Made by a program: the position numbers and the translations under genes
Shown here: in pieces, positions 1 to 11,900 of the stretch
How positions within the stretch are numbered: the stretch's first letter is position 1
How the letters are laid out: the number at the start of each line of letters is the position of its first letter
Assembly (NCBI GenBank): GCA_026770705.1
Contig: JANJGN010000358.1
Span: 310,001 to 374,000, forward strand
DNA: 64,000 bases
Direction of reading: 5' to 3'
DNA from: Isurus oxyrinchus
Lineage: Eukaryota
Notes under the pieces: model-generated
What the model was told of the DNA's origin: nothing
The model's input: the letters and a program-made list of their open reading frames with translations, nothing else
The model's database searches: none

Positions 1-3000
1 ATTACTGATACAGGGCCGAGATTAATATAAATGGAGACAGGGCCTATTACATTGATTATTAATACAGGGCCGAGATTAATTTAAGCTATGACTGGATCAA
101 TTACAGAGAGTACTGATGCAAGGTAAAGATTCATATAAACTGAGGCAGGGTCTATTACAGTGAATCCTGATACAGGGTCTATATTCATATAAACTGAGAC
201 AGGGTCAATCATAATGATTATTGATACAGGGTCTAAATTAATATCGGCTGTGGGCAGGGTCTATAACAGTAATTACCAATACAATGTCTGTATGAATATA
301 AAAAGAGACATGGTATATCACAGTGATTACTGATACAAGGTCTGTATTAATATAAACTGAGATAGAGACCATTGCACTGATTATTGATACAAGGTATGGA
401 TTGATGTCAGCAGAGGCTGTGCTTATCACAGTGACTACTCTTGCAAGTTTTGGATTAACATAAACTGAGACACGGTCTATTCCAATAATTACCAACACAA
501 TTCCTGTATTAATATAAACTGACACAGCGTCTATTACAGAGATAACTGATACAAGCTATGAATACATATCAACTGAGGCAGGGTCTATTACATTAATTCT
601 GACACAGAGAATGAATTCATACCAACTGAAACACCATGTATTACAGTTGTTACTGATGCATTGTCTGGGTTAATATTAGCTGAGATGGGGTCTGTCACAG
701 TTATTAATGATAAATGGTCTAGATTAATTTGAATGGAGACAAGGTATATTACAGTGATTACTGATACAAATTATGTATTAATACAAACTGAGACAGGGTC
801 TATTGCAATGATTACTGATACAAGTATGTATTCATATCAACTATTACAGGGCCGATTACAGTGATTACTGAAACAGGGACTGGATTAATATAAACAGGGA
901 CAAGGTCTATTAAAGTGATTACTGATATATGGTATGGATTAGAATAACCTGACAAAGCTGTTGCAATGATTACTAATGCCGGGTCTAGATTAATATAAAC
1001 AGAGACAGGGTCTATTACAGCAATCACCAATACAAGATATGGATTGATATAAACTAAGTCAGGGTCAGCTTCAGTGATTACTGATGCAAGGGACTGATTA
1101 ATAGCAAATGAGACACAGTCTGTAACAGTGATTACTGTTACAATGTATGGACTGATGTAAACTGAGACAGGGTCTTTTACAGTGATTACTGAGACAATTA
1201 CAGTGATTAATGATACAAGTTATGGATTAATATCAACTGAGTCAGGGTCCATTACAGTGATTACTGATACAGTGTCTAGATGAATATAAACTGGTACAGG
1301 GTCTCTTCCAGGGACTACTGATGTAAGGTACAGATTAATAAAAAAATGAGACAGGGTTTATTACAGCGATTATTGATGCATTGTATGAATTAAAAGAAAC
1401 TGAGACAGAGTATATTACAGTAATTATCAATACAATGTCCTTATTAATATAAACTGAGACAGAGTCTATTACTGTGATTAATGATACAAGGTGTGGATTA
1501 ATATCAACTGAGTCAGGGCCCATTACAGTGATTACTGATATAGGGTCTAGATCAATAGAAACTGAGGCAGAGATTATTACAGTGATTATCGGTGCAAGAT
1601 ATGGATTAATATACACTGAGTCATGGTATGTTACAGTGATTACTAATACAAGGACTGGATTCATATCAACTGAGACAAGGTCTATTACAGTGATCACTGA
1701 TGCAATGTCTGGGTTAACATAAATTTGGACAGGATATATTCGAGTGATTATTGATACATGGTATTGATTAAAATTAACTGAAACAGTGTCTGTTACATTT
1801 ATTAATGATAAATGGTCTAGATTAATAGAAACTGAGACAGGGTCTCTTCCAGTGATTACTGATTCAAGGTATGGATTAACATAAACTGAGACACTGTCTA
1901 TCACAATGATTACTGATACAGGGTCTGCATTAATATAAAGCGAGACAAGGTCTATTACAGTTATTACCAATACAAGTCTTGGATGGATATAAACATAGTC
2001 AGGGTCTACTTTAGTGATTACTGATACAAAGTATTGATGAATAGCAATTATGACAGGGTCTATTATGGTAATTACTGATACATGGTCTAGAATAATATAA
2101 CCTGAGGCAGAGTCTATATCAGGGTCTATTACAGTGATTACTGATACAGAGTCTAGATTAATATAAATGGAGACAGGATAAATCACAGTGATTATTGATA
2201 CAGGATCTACATTAATATAGACATAGCACCGGGCCTATTACAGTAATTGCCAATACAATGTCTATGTTAATATAAACTGAAACATGGTATATCTAAGCGA
2301 TTACTGAAACAAGGTTGTACTAATATTAACTGAGACAGGGTCTGTTACAGTGATTACTGATACAAATTATGAATTAATATAAACTGAGACAGGGTCTATT
2401 ACAATGATTACAGATAAAAGGTATGGATTTGTACCAACTGCGATAGGGTTTATTACAGTGATTACTGATACAGTGTCTGGATTAGTATAAACTGAGACAA
2501 GGGCTTTTACTTTGATTACTAATACATGGTACTGATTAAAATAACTTGAAAGAGCCTGTTACAATGACTACCAACGCAGGGCCTAGATTAATATAATAGA
2601 CAGTGTCTATTATAGTGTTTACAAATACAAGGCTTGGATTGATATAAATTCATTCAGAATCAACTTCAGTGATTACTGATACAAGGTATTGATTAATATC
2701 AGCTGAGACAGGGACTTTTATTGTGTTTACTGAGACAAGGTCTGCATTAATATAAACCAAGGCATGATCTATTACAGTGGTTACTGATACAAGGTGTTGA
2801 TTAACATCAACTGAGTCAGGATCAATTTCAATGATGACTGATACAGGATCCAGATGAATATAAACTGTAAGGTCTATTGGAGTAATTACTGTTACAGATA
2901 ATGGATTAACATAATCTGAGACAGGGTGTAATACAGTCATTCCTGATGAAGGGTATGGATTAATAAACTGATCAGCAGAGTTTATTGCAGTGATTAGTGA

Positions 3001-6000
3001 TACTAGTAATGGCTTAATATCCACTGTGAAAGGGTGTATTACATTAATTACAAAAAAAACTATTCCTGTATTACTATAGACTGAGAGATGGTATCTAACA
3101 GTTGTTATTGATACAATGTATGGATTAATATCAACTGAGGCAGGGTCTATTACAGTGGTTATTAAGCACAGTCTAGATTAGTGTAAATGGAGACAGGGTC
3201 AATCACAATGATTATTGATACAGAATCTAGGTGAATACAGACTAAGGACAGGGCCTATTGCAGTAATTACCAATACAATGCCTGTCTTAATTAGCGATTA
3301 CTGATATAAAGTATGGATTAATATCAACTGAGACAGAGCTTGTTATAGTGACTACAGATACAAGTTTTTAGATTAACAATTCTGAGACATGATCTATTAT
3401 GGTAATTACCAATGCAATGTGTGTGTTTATATAAACTGAGACAGTGTATATTACAGAGCATACTGATGCAAGGTATGGATTCATAACAATTGATAGAGGG
3501 TCAGTTAAAGTGATTAATGATACAGGGTCTGGATTAATATAAATTGAGACAGGGTCCATTACAGTGATTACTGATACAAGTTATGGATTAATATAAACTG
3601 AGACAAGGCCTATTACAATGATTACTCATATATGGTATGGATTAAAATAAACTCAGACCGGGTCTGTTACATTGATTTCTGATACAAGGTCTAGATTAAT
3701 ATAAACTGAGGCAGGGTCTATTAGAGTAATTACCTATACAAGATCTGAATTAATATAAACTGAGACAGGGTATATTACTGTGATTACCAATAGAAGGTCT
3801 GTATTGATATAAACTAAGTCAGGGTCAGCATCAGTGATTACTGATTCAAGGTTTTGATTAATATCAACTGAGACAGCACCTATTATAATGATTAGTGATA
3901 CAGGATCAAGCTTAATATAAACTGAGAGAAGACCTAATACAGTGATTACAGATGCAAGGCATGGATTAATATCAACTGAGATAGGGTCTATTACAGTGAT
4001 TGCTAATACAGGATCTAGATTAATATAAACTGAAACAAGGTCGACTACAATGATTTTTGATACAGGGTCGAGATTAATATAAACTGAGTCAGCATCTATT
4101 AGACTAATTACTACTTCACGGTTGGTATCAATATAAACTGAGACAGGGTCTATTACACTGATTACTGATTCAAGGCCTGCATTACCACAAACAGAGACAT
4201 AGTCTATTGCATTGATTACTGATACAAGTTTTGGATTAATATAATCTGAGACAGGGTATATTGCAGTGTTTACACTGATACAAGATATGGATTCATATCA
4301 ATTGAGATAGAGCCTATTACAGTGATTCCTGATACAGGGTCTGTATTAATATGAACTGAGAAAAGGCCTACTACAGTGATTATTGTTATATGGTATGAAT
4401 TAAAATAAACTGAGAAAGGGTCTCTTACAATGCTTACGGATACAGAGTCTGGATTAATTAAAACAGAGGCAGGCTCTATTACAGTGGTTGCCAATAAAAG
4501 GCTTTGATTGATCTAAACTGAGTCAGGGCCTACTTCAGTGATTACTGACACAAGGTGTTGATTAATTTCAATGGAGACAGGGTCTGTTGCAATGATTAAT
4601 GTTGCAATGCATGGATTGATTTAAACTGAGACAGGGTCTTTTACAGTGATTAATGAGACAAGGTCAGTATTAATATAAACTGAGACAGGGTCTATTACAG
4701 TGATTACTGATACAGGGCCTGGAATAATGTAAACTGAGACATGGTCCATTACAGTGATTACTGATACATGGTATGGATTAATAAAAAATGAGACAGGTAT
4801 TATTACAGTAATTACTGATACATGGCATGGATTAAAATAAACTGCGACAGTATCTGTTAAAGTTCTTACTGATACATGGTCTTGATTCAGGTAAATAGAG
4901 ACCGTGCCTCTTTCAGTGATTAATAATACAAGGTCTGGATTGATATAAATTGAGACAGGGTCTATTCCAGTCATTATCAAGATTAGGTCTGTCTAATATA
5001 GATTTAGTCAGCATCTACTTCAGTGATTACTGATACAAGGTATTGATTAATATCAACTGAGACAGGGTCAGTTACAGTGGTTATTGGTAAAATATTTGGA
5101 TTGATATAAACTGAGATAGGGTCTTTTACAGTCATTAATGATACAAGGCCTGTATTAATATAAAATGAGACATGGTCCATTACAGTGATTACTGATACAA
5201 GATGTGGATTAAAATAAAGTGAGACAAGGTCTGTTAAATTTATTATTGATACATGGTATGGATTAAAAGAAACTGAGACAGAATGTATTGCAGTGATTAC
5301 CAATACAAGACCTGAATTGATATAAACTGAGATACAGACTATTCCAGCCATTACCAAGACAAGGTCTGTATTAATATAAACTGAGTTAGGGTCTACTTCA
5401 GTGATCACTGATTCAAGGTATTAAGTAATAACAACACAGATAGGGTCTGTTGCAGTGCAACAATGTATGGATTGAAGTAAACTGAGTCAGGGTCTTTTAC
5501 ACTGATTACTGAGACAAGGTCTGTGTTAATGTAAAGTGAGACAGGGTCACTAACATTGTTTGCTGATACAAGGTATGGATTAATTTCAACTGAGGCAGGG
5601 CCTATTACAGTGATCATTGATACAGGGTATCTATTTACATAAACTGAGACAGGGTTTATTACAGTGACTACTGATACAAGTTATGGATTCATAACAACTG
5701 AGACAGGGTCTATTGCAGTGATTACTAATGCTGGTTATGAGGATAATATATACTGAGACAGAGTGTATTACAATGATTACTGATACATAGTATGTATTAA
5801 GATTAGCAGAGACATGTTCTATTACAGTGATTACCAACACAAGGCCTGTATTGATATAAACTGAGCCACAGTCTACTTCAGTGGTCACTGATACAATGCA
5901 TTGATTAATATCAACAGAGAGGGTCTGTTACAGTGATTACTGTTACAATGTATGGATTGAAATAAACCGAAAGAGCATCTTACACAGTGACTAATGATAA

Positions 6001-9000
6001 AATGTCTGTATTAATATAAATGGAGATAGGGTCTCTTTTAGTGGTTACTGATACAAGGCATGGATTAACATCAATTGAGGTAGGGTCAGTAATTACTAAT
6101 ACAGGACCTAGATTAATATAAACTGAGGTAAGGCCTATATCAATGATTACTTTTACAATATATGGATTACAATAGATGTACAAAGGGTCTATTTCACTGA
6201 TTACTGTACATGGCCTGTATTAATATAAACTGAGGCAGGGTCTCTTTCAGTGTTTACTGATACAAGGTATGGATTAATATCAATTGAGGCAGGGTCCATT
6301 ACAGTGGTTACTGATACAAGGCATGGGTTAATATAATATGAGACAGAGTCTATTACAGTGAAAAAACTCAGCAGGTCTGGCAACATCGGCGGAGAAGAAA
6401 AGAGTTGACACTTCGAGTCCTCATGACCCTTCAACAGAACTGGGTGAATCCTAGGATCATCTTTCCATGAGGACTCGAAACATCAACGCTTTTCTTCTCT
6501 GCCGATGCTGCCAGACCTGCTGAGTTTTTCTAGGTAATTCTGTTTTTGTTTTGGATTTCCAGCATCCGCAGTTTTTTGTTTTTATCTATTACAGTGCTTA
6601 CTGATACAAGGTCTGGGCTGGTCTAAATTGAGACAGGGTGTATTACTGCGACTACTGATACAGGATCTGAATTGATATAATCTGATACTGGGTGTAGTAC
6701 AGTAATTTCTGATGCAGGGCCTAAGTTAATATACACTGAGAGAGGGTCCATTACATTGAACACTGATACAAGGTCTGTGTTAATATAAGGTAAGGCAGAA
6801 TCACTTTCAGTGATTGCTGATAAAATGTATGGATTAATATCAAGTGAGGCAAGGTCTCTTTCAGTGGTTACTGATGCAACATATGGATTAATAGCAACTG
6901 ATGCAGGGTCTATCACAGTGATTACTGATACAGGGTCTAGATTAATATAAACTGAGACAGGTTCTGTTACAGTGTTAATGATGCAAGGTCTGGACTGGTG
7001 TAAACTGAGACAGCACGTTTTATAGTGAATACTGCCAGAGGGTCTGTATTGATATAATCTGAAACTCGGTACAGTACAATGATCACTGATACAGGTTCTG
7101 GATTAATATAAACTGAGACTGGGTCTAGTACAATAATTACTGATACAGTTCTGGATTAATATAAACTGAGACTGGGTCTAGTACAGTGATTACTGATACA
7201 TGGTATGGATTAAGATAAACTGGAAAGGATCAATTAATGTGGTTACCGACATAAGGCCTGCATTAATATAAACTGAGAATGGGTCAATTACATTAATTAA
7301 TGATACAGGGCCTAGATTAATATAAACTGAGACAGGCTCAGTTACAGTGATTACTGATAAATGGTCTCAATTAATTTAAGCTTACACAGAGTCTATTACA
7401 ATGATTACTGATACAGGTTGCAGGTTATTATAAACTGAGACAAGGCCTATTGAAGTGATTACCAGTACAATATCTGCATTAATATAAACAGCGACAGTGT
7501 CAGTTCAAGTGAATACTGATACAAGGCATGGATTAATATAAATGGAGACAGTGTGTATTACTGTGAATACTGATACAGGTTATGGGTTAATATAAACTGA
7601 GACAGGCTCTATTACAGCATTCACCAATACAATATCTGTGAATATATAAACTGAGAAAGGGTATTTTGCAGTGATTATTGATTCAAGGCATGGATTAATA
7701 TAAACTGAGACTGGGTCTATTATAGTGATTGCTGATACATGGTATTGATTAACATAAACTGAGACAGGGTCTATTACAGTGATAACCAATACATGGTCTG
7801 GGCTGATATTAACTGAGACAGGGTCTATTCCAGTGATTAACAAGACAAGGTCTATATTGATATAAAGTGTGTCAGGGTTGTTACAGGGATTACTGATACA
7901 AGGTATTGATTACTATCAACTGAGGCAGGGTCTCTTGTGGTGATTACTAATACAAGGTTTGTATTAATAAAAACTGAGACAGGGTCTCTTTCAGTGCTTA
8001 CTGTTATAAGACATTGGTTAATATAAACGGAGACAGTATGTATTATAGTGAATACTGAAACAGGTTATGGGTTATTATAAACTGAGACAGCCTCTATTAC
8101 AGAAATTACCAATAAAATATCTGTATTTATATAAATTGAGAAAGGGTATTTTGCAGTGGTTATTGATACAAGGCATGGATTAACATAAACTGAGACAGGT
8201 TCTATTACAGTGATTACCAATACATGGTCTATATTGATATAAAGAGTGCTAGGGTGTTTACAGGGATTACTGATACAAGGTATTGATTACTATCAACTGA
8301 GACAGGGTCTCTTACAGTGATTACTAATACAAGGTTTGTATAATATAAACTGAGACAGTCTCTTTCAGTGCTTACTGATACAAAACATGGATTAATATAA
8401 ACTGAGGCAATCTGTATTACAGTGAATACTGAAATAGGTTATTGGTTAATATAATTTGAGACAGGCTCTATTATAGCATTCACCAATACAATGTCTGTAT
8501 TTATATAAACCTAGAAAAGGTTTTTACAGTGAATGTTGATACAATGCATGGATTAATATAAACTGAGACTGGTTGTATTAAAGTGATTACTGATGCATGG
8601 TATTGATTAACATAAACTGAGACCGGGTCTATTACATTGATTACCAATACATGGTCTGGGCTGATATTAACAACTGAGACAGGGTCTATACCAGTGATTG
8701 ACAAGACAAAGTCAATATTGATATAAAGTGTGTCAGGGTTTTTACAGGGATTACTGATACAAGGTATTGATTACTATCAACTGAGACAGGTTCTCTTACA
8801 GTGATTGCTAATACAGGGTTTGTATTAATATAAACTGAGACAGGGTCTCTTTCAGTGGTTACTGATACAAGATATTGATAATATCCACTTAGGCAGGGTT
8901 TATTACAGTGATTACTGATACAAAGTCTGTATTCATATAAAGAGACGGAGGGTCTAGTGCAGTAATTACTGGTAAACGGCCTAGATTAATATCAACTGTT

Positions 9001-9230
9001 ACAGAACAGGATTACTGCTACTGGGCCCAATTTAATAAAACTGAAGCAGGGCATAAAGCAATAATCTCTGACACAGCACCGAGTCTAAGTCAACCAGGGA
9101 TAAATCTCGTGTGGAAGCAATTGATGCAGCTCTTTGTGGAGTATTGAGAGGGACAGAGAGTAATGCAGTTATAATTAATACATAAACTAGTGTAATATAC
9201 AGAGAGATAGGGTTTAGTGTTACATCATTA
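1..9230. repeat. Tandem satellite, 54-bp unit made of two related 27-bp halves (ATTACAGTGATTACTGATACAGGGTCT + AGATTAATATAAACTGAGACAGGGTCT); runs off the window start and decays after ~8900
   Basis: Continuous periodic recurrence of CTGAGACAGGGTCT/CTGATACAAGGT motifs; the minus-strand ORFs show the matching 9/18-aa periodicity (DPVSVYINLDPVSVITVI). Confidence 0.95.
6361..6584. mobile_element. Short fold-back Penelope-like (PLE) terminal element inserted in the satellite, 12-bp TSD TCTATTACAGTG
   Basis: Arms 6361-6425 and 6466-6530 are reverse complements; the sequence matches the termini of the element at 33528-37556; TSD at 6349-6360 and 6585-6596. Confidence 0.9.
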
Positions 9231-9744
9231 GAAACATCTTATAGCGCAATATAATAAGTGTATTAATATCGAATTAACATAAGCCCCAGCATCACTGATC
9301 CATTTGCCAGTGGAACAGCTTCTCCCTAAATATTCAAAAACATCCCTCACACATTGGACCATTTCTGATAAACCTATCCTAAGATTCTCGTTGATGAGGA
9401 GAGCAATCCCAGTTTTTTGTTGTGCAGAGAGTGAGGGGCAGTGCAAACTTAAGTTCCAGGAAATCCTCTGTCTTGTTACTTCGAAATTGGCATTTAACAA
9501 TCGTTGACACTGTTATATGGGGCCAATGGAAATAAAGTGCACTGTTACAACAGGGTCAGGCTAAGATACCAGGCTACAAGGCAACGGATCCCTTACAACT
9601 AAATTGATGTGTGTAAGACTGGAACCTGCTCCTGAACTTTATATACATAGAACCAAATGCTATAATTTCAAAATAGCAATTGCAACATGTCCAGTGCCTT
9701 GCATTAGTGGCTCTCCTACATGGACGGTAACCACTACTGAACTA

Positions 9745-9842
9745 AAAACAAAAAGTGCTGTAAAGACGCAGCAGGCCTGGCAGGGTCTGAGGAGAGAGAA
9801 ACAGCGTTAACGTTTCGATTCCATATGAATTTATGCAGAGCC
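9745..9842 (-). mobile_element. Degenerate PLE 3'-terminal fragment
   Basis: CAGCAGGCCTGGCAG...GAGAGAGAAACAGCGTTAACGTTTCGA resembles PLE termini at 33550-33665 and 63550-63650. Confidence 0.6.
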
Positions 9843-9884
9843 ACAACTGCAGGTTTGAAGCATGGTCAGTGGAATGATCATTCA

Positions 9885-10355
9885 GATGTGGCGATGGTAA
9901 TGTCATCTCAGTCTTAGGGATCGAGGTAATTCACTGGGCTGGTAATACAGAGAAGATCAGAAATGCTTCAGAGACATGATTTAAACCCCACGACGGCAGC
10001 TGGCGGGATTTCCATTCATTTAATTCATTAAAACCGAAACTGGAATAAAATTACTCATTGCATTAAGAATCGAACCTAATTGTCATGAAGTTGCAGCTGG
10101 TTCACTGATGTGATTCGGGGACGAACTCTTACCAGCCTGGCCGACGCAAGGCTGCAGCCCCACAACAACTTGGTTGAATCTTAACGGCCCTTGCAATGGC
10201 CCAGAAGGCCATTTAGTTGGGTCAAAGCACTTCTTGGAAAGTCAAATAAGAGGCGCACGGCACAAACGTCAGCTGTTCAAGATGTCGGCTCCCCGCCACC
10301 TTCTCAAGGGTACTTGTGGATGGACAGTTAAGGCTGGCGTTGCTTTCGACGTTCA
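9885..10355 (+). mobile_element. Degenerate tRNA-derived shark SINE (Deu/SacSINE1-like) with LINE-derived tail
   Basis: GTGGCGATGGTAATGTCA...TTAAACCCCACGACGGCAGCTGGCGGGATTT head and CCACCTTCTCAAGGG tail; inverted partial copy near 14540-14620. Confidence 0.55.
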
Positions 10356-11559
10356 CAACAAAAGAACAAATATAAACAACGGTCAAAGCTTTGTAAACTA
10401 TTACGGATGCTCTCAATGTAAAATAAGGCCACAAAATCTGGAAATACTCAGCATCATTCTCCGCTGACACTATTTTACACTAGGGGTATCCTAGACCAAT
10501 ACCTAATGCGCAACTAACATCACTAATAAACATGTGATCTGGGCTTTTATTACATCTCTGTTGGTGGGAGCTTCCTGTGCACAAATTGCCTCCTGTAGTT
10601 CTAACGTGACACAAGAGATTATAATTCGAAATAAGTTACATCAATGAGGTTAATGAGATATGTGATTTGGGACCTCCTGAGATGGTGAAATGTGCTGTAT
10701 AAACACCGAGTTTTTACTAAAAGTGAACATGTCAAAACATATATGGTTATGTGTTAGAAAGTCTGAGAAGAATGTGATTAAAGGTCATTTCTCTGTTCAT
10801 TATTTAAACATGTTTATGTGAAAGGGGTTAATCCTTTCACCAATCGATATTCAGTATAATATTAGGCTGCTCAGAAATGTTTAATTGATTTAAGCAGCAG
10901 AATTTCCAGAAACATTTTTTCTTAAATTTAATGGCTTCTATTATTTAAAATAAGTAACATCTGTACCAATTGGTTTTCTGAAAATTGTGTTCAATTCTTA
11001 TACCATCTGTGAATATTCTTAAAATAAACTTGTTTTGAGCTGAACATAATCATTAAGTGACTGTTGATCTGATTCTGCTGCCATGAACACCACTTTGCAA
11101 CTAGTGAGGCGGTTATGTAAATAAACACAGAAATCGACACCTCAGAATAGAACATTGAGCGTCGGAAATACAATAGATGTTTCCCCACCAACAGAACATA
11201 GAAATAACAACAGAGAGAAATGCAAATCACACAAAGGATTCCATAATTATTGATATTTGGAAGATTTCTATAAGTTATGAGATAACAACATAAAGATGTT
11301 TTTTGTGTTCAAAACTGGCGAAGCGTCCTTTGATCCGGTATACAGAAGCATTGAAAATGTGTTTGCGGAGTTTCCTGCATTCTATCCCGCTCAGTCTCCC
11401 TTTCTCCCCTATCCCGGGCGTGTCTGGCCTCTCATTAATCTGTCAGCGTCTGTAACTCATAACGTGAAGTCAGTATCTTACCAAAGATTAATCTCACCCC
11501 TATTCTTTGACTTTTAACGAAATAGATGGCTGTTCGCAGAAGGAACTCAACTCTAAAAT

Positions 11560-11900
11560 GTTTCTGGTTCACTCAACAACATGGGAGTATTTAATGGGAC
11601 AATCTATAGGGAGCACTCCTCTGCAAATTAACATTCCTATGCCTTCCTGTGAATGGTATATGGGAAATTGTAGAGGGATCTTTTTTCTGCATCTGATACT
11701 GCTGTACCATTCTTGGGAGCATTCGATCGAATCATGTAGAGGGACCTTTGGCTATCCAGCGCTATACATGTCCTGAGAATGTTTGGTGGGGTAGTTTAGA
11801 GAGACCTTTACTCTGCCTCACCCCGGAATTTACCGATGTAGAGGTAGCTTTACTCTGCATCTGAACTGTCCCGTGTCTATCCTTAGGAGTGTCTAATGGT
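11560..11900. repeat. Degenerate ~65-bp tandem repeat (GGGAGTGTTT..GGGACAGTGTAGAGGGAGCTTTACTCTGCATCT..), about 5 copies
   Basis: Recurring GGGAG...TAGAGGGA..TTT..CT motifs at ~11582, 11665, 11715, 11775, 11835. Confidence 0.6.

Noticed and set aside
238-8704. Many minus-strand V/I/D/P-rich ORFs (up to 283 aa) suggesting a repeat protein
   Set aside because: The unit length is a multiple of 3 and one frame is stop-poor; frames break often and there is no splice or start context, so these are satellite translation artefacts
1-9230. CRISPR-like repeat/spacer array
   Set aside because: No unique spacers, the units are wholly repetitive, the context is vertebrate and there are no cas genes
11220-11227. 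Perfect Ig octamer ATGCAAAT
   Set aside because: It lies 15 kb from the V promoter with no leader or V exon nearby; expected by chance
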